Of a DNA stretch of 45,546 bases, positions 35,480 to 42,621 are shown piece after piece. The position numbers were made by a program, and so were the translations under genes. The stretch is from contig JAFYOJ010000049.1 of the NCBI GenBank assembly GCA_017560225.1, forward strand, positions 1 to 45,546. The letters are read 5' to 3'. This DNA comes from Clostridia bacterium. Lineage in GTDB: Bacteria > Bacillota > Clostridia > UBA1212 > UBA1255. The notes under the pieces are model-generated. The model was given only the letters and a program-made list of their open reading frames with translations. It did no database searches and was not told the origin of the DNA. Position 1 is the first letter of the stretch. Each line of letters starts with the position of its first letter.

Positions 35480-37090
35480 TTACGCAAGAGATTCTCGGTC
35501 ACACAATCCCCTGCTAATCTCAAAAAATTCCTCCGGCTTGACCTTCTCCACCTGACGATCATAGGTAATCAATCCGTTGATTTCATCCTCTACGTCGGAA
35601 AGCTGGGTATAGACTGCCGCGCACAGCCCTTTCGGCACAAGGGGCGCCACTTCTTCCACATAAACTTTGCGCAAAGCTGCCACGAAATCTGTCCGCGTAG
35701 CGCATTTTCCATAGCCATACGCTTTCTCAGGATTGAACACATGCCCTTCCACTTTGTAGGAATATCCACCGAACTCCGATAGCACCAGGGGCTTTCGCCC
35801 TGCCTTCAAACGCACTTTGCGAAAATACACGTGGCGACTGTCCACATCCGACGTGACACCGGAAAACCATCCGGATGCTGTATCAATTACGCGGCTGTCA
35901 TCCAGCGCCTTTAAACGCCCATACATGCGGCTTCCCTCAAACTGTCCCCAACCCTCATTGAAAATAGTCCAATAACAAATGCAGGGGTGATTCCGAAGCG
36001 CCTCCACCGTAGCTTCCATGGCCTGCACAAAGGCAGTGCGACGCGCCTTATTTCTATGAAGCCACCGATCCGGCAAATATTGCACGCCCACGGTAGGCAG
36101 CGCCGTATCCCGCAGGAAGGAATAACTGCCATTATTGACCATATCCTGAAAAACAATCATGCCCAACCGATCGCAGGCATAGTAGAATAACTGCGGTTCA
36201 ATCTTAATATGTTTCCGCAGCATATTGAAGCCAAGTCCCTTGGCAAATAAAATATCCTTTTCAAAAGCATCGGGACTTTCCGGGGTATAAATCCCCTCTT
36301 GCCAATAGCCCTGATCCAAAAGACCGTGGAAGAAGTAAGGCTTTCCATTGAGGCAAATCCTTGGATATCCGTCCACTTCCCGAATGTCCACAGTGCGCAG
36401 AGCAAAGTACGACCGCACCTGATCGTCGCCGGCCCGGATGGTAAAATGGTATAAATAAGGATCCTCCGGAGACCAAAGATGGGGATTAACAATATTGATG
36501 CGACAAACGCCATTTTCCAGCGCTGCCGGCTCCATACCCTCGATGGTTACCGCGCCCGCAGACACGCCGCGGACTGTAATTTCCACCCAATCCAAGCCAT
36601 TTCGCACCTGAATCGCCTCAATATAATTCTCCGGCACCGATTCCAGCCACACCGTCTGCCAAATCCCCGACACCGGTGTATACCACATCCCGCCCCGCTT
36701 GTATTTTTGCTTACCATAGGGCAGAATTTTGTCCTGCAAATGATCCCGAACTTCCACCGTCAGTACATTGTCCTCTTGGAGTGCCGCCGTCACGTCCAGA
36801 GTGAACGGTAAATAGCCGCCTTCGTGCGTCCCCACCGGTTGCCCGTTTAGATACACTCGGGCAATTTGGTCCACGGCACCAAAATGAAGCAAGGTACGAC
36901 TTTGAAGAAAGTCTTTGGGCAGAGTAAAATGTTTGCGATACCACAACACTTGTCCCCGATCTTCTACACAAGAGGGAACTTGAATTTGCTGATTATAATT
37001 TTCTTCACCCGCGGCAAAATCCCAGGTGCCATTTAAAGAATAATACGAATCTCTTTGCAGCAATGGGCGCGGATATTGATTCCAGGACAT
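35480..37090 (-). CDS. Glycoside hydrolase family 2 protein (beta-galactosidase/beta-glucuronidase-like, short form)
   Basis: 536 aa. Motifs are LNGTWDF, WYRKHFTLP, GFNMLRKHIKIEP, NHPCICYWTIFNEGWGQ (acid/base NE) and LVLSEFGGY (nucleophile E). Confidence 0.8.
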   Translation of the reverse strand: MSWNQYPRPLLQRDSYYSLNGTWDFAAGEENYNQQIQVPSCVEDRGQVLWYRKHFTLPKDFLQSRTLLHFGAVDQIARVYLNGQPVGTHEGGYLPFTLDVTAALQEDNVLTVEVRDHLQDKILPYGKQKYKRGGMWYTPVSGIWQTVWLESVPENYIEAIQVRNGLDWVEITVRGVSAGAVTIEGMEPAALENGVCRINIVNPHLWSPEDPYLYHFTIRAGDDQVRSYFALRTVDIREVDGYPRICLNGKPYFFHGLLDQGYWQEGIYTPESPDAFEKDILFAKGLGFNMLRKHIKIEPQLFYYACDRLGMIVFQDMVNNGSYSFLRDTALPTVGVQYLPDRWLHRNKARRTAFVQAMEATVEALRNHPCICYWTIFNEGWGQFEGSRMYGRLKALDDSRVIDTASGWFSGVTSDVDSRHVYFRKVRLKAGRKPLVLSEFGGYSYKVEGHVFNPEKAYGYGKCATRTDFVAALRKVYVEEVAPLVPKGLCAAVYTQLSDVEDEINGLITYDRQVEKVKPEEFFEISRGLCDRESLA

Positions 37091-37385
37091 TGTTTTGACT
37101 CCTTTGGTATGATAGGGTTATTGTACCACGGCGTCATTGGGATGTAAAATGAAGAAAATCAACAAAAACATACTTTTTTCGTGGCAAATCGTATATTTTT
37201 GGACATTTTACCGCAAAAACATACCGAAAATACGGTCAAACCCCTGTTTCCTGGTATGAAATCTTGCAAAAAGGGCATTCCTCATCCCACTGCCCTTTTC
37301 CTAAATTTTTTCGGGAAATAATCTTCACAAATTCCGGGAAATATGGTTGAATAGTAAAAAAACTATTCATCTGGGGGAGATTGAT

Positions 37386-38162
37386 ATGTTTTACGACAAA
37401 ATGCTTAAGGAGAAGCAGCGCCTTACAAATCTTATAGAAGAGAATGAAAAGAAAATCCGACTGCTGCCGGAAGGGACCTTCTATTGCGTGGAATCCGACA
37501 CCTACCAAAAATGGTATAAAAAAATCAAAGGATGCCCGCAACAATACATACCAAAAAAAGATCAAGAATATGCCGCAAGACTGGCATACAAACGTTTCTT
37601 AGAAGCACATAATGAAGACTTAGCGCAGGAATTGGCTGCAGTCAATGCATTTTTGCAAAAATTCCCCACAACCAACAAAAGTCAGGCGTTGTTAGAGAAA
37701 AAGGGATATCAAGATTTAATTTGTACATTCTACCAACCTTTAAATCGGGATTTAAGGGATTGGGAACAGGGCCATTTTCCCCAAAATCCATACCGTCCGG
37801 AAGGCAAAATCCACCACGTCCGCCCCGGTCTTTCCGTGCGTTCCAAATCGGAAACGTTGATTGCCACGCAATTACATATCAATAAAATTCCGTTTCGCTA
37901 TGAGTGCGTTTTACAGATCGAGGGGAGGAACTATTATCCGGACTTTACCATTCGACATCCGGAAACCGGCGAGATATTTTATTGGGAACACCTGGGACTT
38001 TTAGACAATGTCACTTATACAGAGCGCGCAGCCCAAAAAATGCAAATTTACGCCAAGGCCAATATTTATTTAAATAAAAATTTAATACTGACCTCCGAAG
38101 GTGCAGGCCAGCCCCTTACGATCCATGAAATCGAAAAAGCCATTCGGTATATAATTCAATAA
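37386..38162 (+). CDS. Hypothetical protein with N-terminal coiled-coil and C-terminal PD-(D/E)XK-like nuclease fold (TnsA-N/restriction-endonuclease-like)
   Basis: ORF 37347..38162. I start it at MFYDKMLKEK, with GGGGGAG 7 nt upstream. The C-terminal motifs are RSKSETLIATQL ... NYYPDFTI ... IFYWEHLGLLD ... Y..RA..K...Y. Confidence 0.5.
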   Translation: MFYDKMLKEKQRLTNLIEENEKKIRLLPEGTFYCVESDTYQKWYKKIKGCPQQYIPKKDQEYAARLAYKRFLEAHNEDLAQELAAVNAFLQKFPTTNKSQALLEKKGYQDLICTFYQPLNRDLRDWEQGHFPQNPYRPEGKIHHVRPGLSVRSKSETLIATQLHINKIPFRYECVLQIEGRNYYPDFTIRHPETGEIFYWEHLGLLDNVTYTERAAQKMQIYAKANIYLNKNLILTSEGAGQPLTIHEIEKAIRYIIQ

Positions 38163-38165
38163 TTT

Positions 38166-38624
38166 TTATCCCACTGTCAAAACATCGCCCGTAATATAGC
38201 AAGCATCCGTGCCTCCGTAATACACGGAAGTACCCCAACAGGGCATAAATTGAACGGAAACGTCCTGCGTCACAGTCAAAGAAAAAGAAACCTTCTCCCG
38301 AAAACCGTTTTCCGCCGTTACATCTTCTCCAATTTGCAGGGTATGGTAAACCGAATCTCCGATTTCCACCATACAAAATCCCGTGGAAGCCGAACCCTCC
38401 ACGTAAGCCAAAACCACATCATATGTGTCCGGCGTTAACGTCAGTGCACCGGACGTATCAAGCGCTTCAGCGCCCCGAAAAACCTGTACATTCAACAGAT
38501 AGTTGGCTGCAGCAATACGGCTATTGCCGGAATCAACGCCGGCGGTAAAATAGCCGAAGGCGGCAAAACTCATAGTCGTCAGCAAAAGTACAATGGATAC
38601 AATAGAAAAATAAATTTTCCTCAT
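38166..38624 (-). CDS. Small secreted protein, last gene of the TasA-like locus (SipW-type-like signal peptide)
   Basis: 152 aa: MRKIYFSIVSIVLLLTTMSFAAFGYFTAGVDSG... Its ATG overlaps the upstream stop (ATGA at 38621..38624). Confidence 0.65.
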   Translation of the reverse strand: MRKIYFSIVSIVLLLTTMSFAAFGYFTAGVDSGNSRIAAANYLLNVQVFRGAEALDTSGALTLTPDTYDVVLAYVEGSASTGFCMVEIGDSVYHTLQIGEDVTAENGFREKVSFSLTVTQDVSVQFMPCWGTSVYYGGTDACYITGDVLTVG

Positions 38625-39250
38625 ACCTGGCCTCCTTGCTGGGTAGCACTGACAATCAGTCCTAAATTAACTTCCGGCACCATATCGCCTCGATAATTAG
38701 CGTGAGCATCCACCGTATCCGGCATCCGTACAATAACGGCAATATAAGCCGTCTCACCGGCACCTAAGGCAGCCTTCTCCGACGCATATTGATTCAATTC
38801 CAGATTAGCAAGGGTGCAAACCTGCTCTCTTGTGCCCACAAGGGACGACAGCTCCGCCTCGTTGCCTCCCGTAACCAAGCCAAACAGTAAATAATCTTGT
38901 AAGATAAACGGATCTCCCCACACATTTTCCGCCACCGTATAACCCGTTACGTTGACCGCCGTATGAAAATCAAACGGGACAGATCCCTTGTTCTCCACTT
39001 TTAAATAAACCACTTGCACGTAACCAGGCTCATACAAAGCATTTTCATCAAAGATCTTTGTATCCGCTTCAATCGCTTGATAAGAACCATCCTCCTGACG
39101 GTAGGAAACGGCCAACTCAAAATCGGCAAAATGAAACACGTTCTGCATTTCAGGTGTTGAGTCAGAGAACCACGCAAGAGAGGTACCGGCACCCAGAATC
39201 AACCATAAAAGAATAAGGCCTACACTTAGTGTAAAAGCAATTTTCTTCAT
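38621..39250 (-). CDS. TasA/BsaA/camelysin-family secreted protein (SipW-type signal peptide)
   Basis: ORF 38621..39325. I start it at MKKIAFTLSVGLILLWLILGAGTSLAWFSDSTPE (ATG 39250), which forms an ATGA overlap with the upstream stop. The EPGYVQVVYLKVENKGSVPF strand pattern is typical of the family. Confidence 0.75.
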   Translation of the reverse strand: MKKIAFTLSVGLILLWLILGAGTSLAWFSDSTPEMQNVFHFADFELAVSYRQEDGSYQAIEADTKIFDENALYEPGYVQVVYLKVENKGSVPFDFHTAVNVTGYTVAENVWGDPFILQDYLLFGLVTGGNEAELSSLVGTREQVCTLANLELNQYASEKAALGAGETAYIAVIVRMPDTVDAHANYRGDMVPEVNLGLIVSATQQGGQV

Positions 39251-39890
39251 GCCGCTTCCCTCCTTCTGCGTAAAATAAACAACAAAATCAACACAATACC
39301 GGCACCGGCCAGCACTGTAATCCACAAAGGACGGTTAAAAGAATCGCCGGTAGGCGGCACCGGATCGTCATCTTCCACCGGAAATTCCTCCACCTTAAAA
39401 TCCCAATCCAAATACCCGGTTTGTCCGCTGTATTCATTCCCCAGTGTCACCGGCACTTCCAAAAGAACTTCCAAGTTTACAACCCCACCGGAATATAAGG
39501 TGCCCAAACAAACCCAGTCGGAAAGTTGTGCCGTTTCGGAAGCAGCCGCGTCAAACATATAGGCCATGGTGTTATTCGATGCAGTGCGCACTTTCAGACC
39601 CAACTGAGACAGAAAATCCTGAGAGTCCGCCTGCGCACCCAATGCACGCAAATAAATCTTGACTTTCACTTCCTTGGAAGCCGCATTCTTCACTTTAATT
39701 TTTTGCACCAAGGTATCCCCGGGCATAACGTCCTTAAATTCCGGAAACAGGTCCGTGGGAGACTGACTACTGCCGGGGGTAAAAATAAATTCACCCGAAT
39801 CTCCGGCATACGTGACGGTGCCTTCCTTTGCCATAGTCGGCAGACTGAAACACAGCAGCAATATGAAATCATGCAAAAAACTCTTTTCAT
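39247..39890 (-). CDS. Cell-wall-anchored (VPPTG sorting signal) beta-sandwich protein; the canonical RBS-ATG is out of frame with the body across a T6 (plus-strand A6) tract
   Basis: The body frame is ORF 39247..39942. It reads ...FLHDFILLLCFSLPTMA/KEGTVTYAGDSG..., then MPGDTLVQKIKVKNAAS..., and ends in VPPTGD, a TM helix (WITVLAGAGIVLILLFIL) and RRRREAA. The only SD-preceded ATG (39890, GAGGTGG 6 nt upstream, 11 nt after the upstream stop) is in the frame of ORF 39690..39917. One extra T in the 39875..39880 tract would join the two as MKRVFLHDFILLLCFSLPTMA. Confidence 0.6.
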
Positions 39891-39901
39891 CCTGCCACCT
39901 C

Positions 39902-40468
39902 TTATTCCATCGGCCAACCGGAAGCCGTATAGGTCTTTCCATCTGTAATAGGATTATGTTCGCTTTGCACTGCGTGGGCAGAAACGGTCAAGGATAACGT
40001 CTTACCAATATAACTGTTATCCACTTTATCTCCTACGATTTCCACGTGAGAGAACACGTAGGGCGTGGTCTCACCGGGCGTTAAAATACCTTTATAGTAA
40101 TACCAACCCTCATAATACTCCCAATGGGTCTCGTTAATGTTCAACTTAAAACAGTCCTCTGCAGAAAGTTCCTGGGCATTCACACCGTATACCACTTTTA
40201 CCCGCAGGTAAAATGGGTGTGTGCACGTATTCTCAATGGTCACTTCTTTACTAACCACGTCACCGGGAACAATATACGCACCTTCTTCCGGGAAGACGGT
40301 ACCCTGATCCGTTGTTTCGTGAATAATAAACTGTATTTCCCCGGAGGTGACCACGTTGGTCGCCTTGCCGGTGGTGGAGTAAAATGCAAGAGTGCCTTGT
40401 GCAAAGAAGGTCATTAAAATGGTCACCAGTGCGACTGCGACAATTTTCAACTTTATACTTCTCAACAC
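39902..40468 (-). CDS. TasA/BsaA-family small fibre-type subunit (SipW-type signal peptide)
   Basis: 188 aa. The start is GTG 40468 or TTG 40465, with AAGGAGG upstream. The sequence reads SIKLKIVAVALVTILMTFFAQGTLAFYSTTGKATNVV... It continues VPGDVVSKEVTIENTCTHPFYLRV and ends TLSLTVSAHAVQSEHNP. Confidence 0.8.
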   Translation of the reverse strand: MLRSIKLKIVAVALVTILMTFFAQGTLAFYSTTGKATNVVTSGEIQFIIHETTDQGTVFPEEGAYIVPGDVVSKEVTIENTCTHPFYLRVKVVYGVNAQELSAEDCFKLNINETHWEYYEGWYYYKGILTPGETTPYVFSHVEIVGDKVDNSYIGKTLSLTVSAHAVQSEHNPITDGKTYTASGWPME

Positions 40469-40565
40469 AAAAACCTCCTTTATTGTTTATTTAGAAAGAA
40501 GGGCATCAGACGATATTGGGGGATGCATATCCAATGCCCTCTACCTTGGGAAATCCCTCGGCAGT

Positions 40566-40594
40566 CAAAAGACACAAATTCCAAAACTTGTGTC
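40566..40594 (-). terminator. Intra-locus hairpin with U-tract (partial terminator/attenuator) between the 625-aa and 188-aa genes
   Basis: The minus strand reads GACACAA-gttttggaat-TTGTGTC-TTTTG. A longer imperfect hairpin lies at 40600..40639 (ATTGCCTGTCCTATCC...GGATAGGCGGCAAT) and a third at about 40498..40545. Confidence 0.5.
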
Positions 40595-40646
40595 CTTTGA
40601 TTGCCGCCTATCCCCGGGAAAGAGGATAGGACAGGCAATACACACA

Positions 40647-42524
40647 TTACCATTCCCAAACATTTGGTGCCATTGTTTTATTTAAGATATAACCACCATT
40701 TTGCGTATATGTCTTCGTACCATCGTTGTACGTAAGATTGCTATAATTAAAATGATATTGTGTTCTGGGTGTAGCAGAACGGTAACTGGTAGAAACAACT
40801 TGTGCTTTACCATAAATTACCGTATTCTCCACATATAAATATGCGTCGCAATACGTACCGGCCGCATCGTTATTTGCATTGACGTAAAAGGCGGCATTAT
40901 TGAAGCCGTAACCTTCATTTTTGTATACAATCAAGTCATAGCACTTAACCATCGAACGACGAATGGATTGGACAGCACCTACGTCTTTATTTTTTGTAGT
41001 TGCACCAACCTTCACATTCAGATAAAGATTTCGAATAGTTACCTGAATGTAATCCTCTTTTGTACCACTACAGTTAAATAAATGCTGCGCAGAACCGGAT
41101 TGCCGTACAATTTCAATATTTTCTTTATCTCCAAGTCCGACAATATCCATACTGGAATATACACCAATCGTCGTCGCCTCGTTGTAGACGCCCGGAAGAA
41201 TATATACCGTGGAGAATTCTTGATTTTGAAGTCCGCTGATTAAACTCCACAATTTACCGGACTGGTTCTTTGTAACTTCATAATTTCCGTTTTCCGCAAC
41301 ATAATAATCTGCGTCATCTGCAGCAACCAGTGTCGTGGTTGCACGTTCTGCAATCACATAGTGTTTCTCGCCATTCTTAGTATAGTTAATTGCAATATAC
41401 GCCGAATCAGCTGCTGCCAAAGTCGGATCAAAAGTTGCCGGATTTACACCTTTAAAGTCGCCACCAATAAGATGCCCATCTTCAGACACGCGAATATTTT
41501 CGCCTACACTTGCATAAACAACTTCAAACACGCCGGATCCACTCGTTTGGAACGTAACAGCTTGATTATTGTAAGTAACATTGGAAACCGCCGCGTTACT
41601 TGCTCCCAAGTTTTTAACGCTTAGGACATTTTTAAACTGTCCCACCTCAACAGAAACTGCGAAAAGCGTTTCTTCTGCAGTTACTAGCATCGTTGTTTCA
41701 ATATTCAAACTAAACACCAACGAGGTCTGGTCTTCGCTCACACTGTCAACAACATTGGTAATGGACACCGCATAGGTGCCTGCCGGCGCAGAAGCCGGAA
41801 CCATCACATCAAATTTACCGGCCGAAAGTACCATCGGCACATCTGTCAATTTTGTTTCTGTTGCCACCAGCGGATATGTAGCATTTTGATCATACTGATC
41901 ATCAAAAGAGTCCGCTTCAAAAGTATCTTGCGTTGCCAGAACTTGAATATCAAACGGACCAATTGCAAGACCCTGATATTCATTTCCCGCAGTTTCTTGC
42001 ATCTTAAGCGCAATACCTAAGTATGCAGCACGCTCAGCTTCCAACTTACCTTGCGTTGTTGTTTCAATTGTATTTATAAACTGACGCAATGTACCAACTT
42101 TCGTATATCCTGCAAGATTGCGATCCACAGGATATGTGAGCGCTTCCGTTTTGCTGGAACATACATATACATCAATAACATCGGCTAAAGAAGAAATTTC
42201 ACTATCAGAAACAAACTTCGCATACCACTTAAGCGAAAGTGTTCCTTCATTTTCAATTTTGAGAATTTTAACATCCATATAACCGGGTTCCCATTTATTG
42301 TAGTTATAAAGAGGCGCCCGAGACTCCTTAATAGAGTTCCATTTACCATCTTGCCCAAGTAATTCAAGGTCAACGTTTAATGATCCGGCTTGAATTTTAT
42401 TGCCGTTGGATGTAACACTATCTGTAAACCACGCAAATGTACTGCCAGCCAACATAGAGATACACAAAACCAGCGCACAAACACTTGTAGCCAGAGCACT
42501 TTTTGTACTTTTCATTTTTACCAT
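40647..42524 (-). CDS. Large secreted protein: TasA-like N-terminal domain (SipW-type signal peptide) fused to a roughly 400-aa beta-helix-like C-terminal region
   Basis: 625 aa, with GGGGAG 7 nt upstream of ATG 42524. The N-terminus is KSTKSALATSVCALVLCISMLAGSTFAWFTDSVTSNGNKIQAGSLNVDLE, followed by WEPGYMDVKILKIENEGTLSLKW. The C-terminal region is repetitive and beta-rich (…VTIRNLYLNV…FYVNANNDAAG…). Confidence 0.8.
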   Translation of the reverse strand: MVKMKSTKSALATSVCALVLCISMLAGSTFAWFTDSVTSNGNKIQAGSLNVDLELLGQDGKWNSIKESRAPLYNYNKWEPGYMDVKILKIENEGTLSLKWYAKFVSDSEISSLADVIDVYVCSSKTEALTYPVDRNLAGYTKVGTLRQFINTIETTTQGKLEAERAAYLGIALKMQETAGNEYQGLAIGPFDIQVLATQDTFEADSFDDQYDQNATYPLVATETKLTDVPMVLSAGKFDVMVPASAPAGTYAVSITNVVDSVSEDQTSLVFSLNIETTMLVTAEETLFAVSVEVGQFKNVLSVKNLGASNAAVSNVTYNNQAVTFQTSGSGVFEVVYASVGENIRVSEDGHLIGGDFKGVNPATFDPTLAAADSAYIAINYTKNGEKHYVIAERATTTLVAADDADYYVAENGNYEVTKNQSGKLWSLISGLQNQEFSTVYILPGVYNEATTIGVYSSMDIVGLGDKENIEIVRQSGSAQHLFNCSGTKEDYIQVTIRNLYLNVKVGATTKNKDVGAVQSIRRSMVKCYDLIVYKNEGYGFNNAAFYVNANNDAAGTYCDAYLYVENTVIYGKAQVVSTSYRSATPRTQYHFNYSNLTYNDGTKTYTQNGGYILNKTMAPNVWEW

Positions 42525-42553
42525 TGTATAACTCCCCTTTGAATTTAAGTTGC

Positions 42554-42583
42554 CATTTCTCCCTCCTAAAAGAGGGAGAAATG
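42554..42583 (-). terminator. 12-bp perfect hairpin between the 881-aa and 625-aa genes (attenuator/processing element; no clear U-tract)
   Basis: CATTTCTCCCTC-ctaaaa-GAGGGAGAAATG. Confidence 0.4.
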
Positions 42584-42621
42584 ACTCATTAAATGATCCA
42601 ATAAATTAATACACAACCAGA

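Noticed and set aside
39690-39917. 75-aa Cys-rich ORF (MADGIRGGRMKRVFCMISYCCCVSVCRLWQ...) as a possible small Cys-rich peptide gene
   Set aside because: It overlaps the N-terminal coding region of the anchored protein in another frame. It is most simply the product of the 1-nt frame discrepancy at the A6/T6 tract, which is reported as a finding instead.
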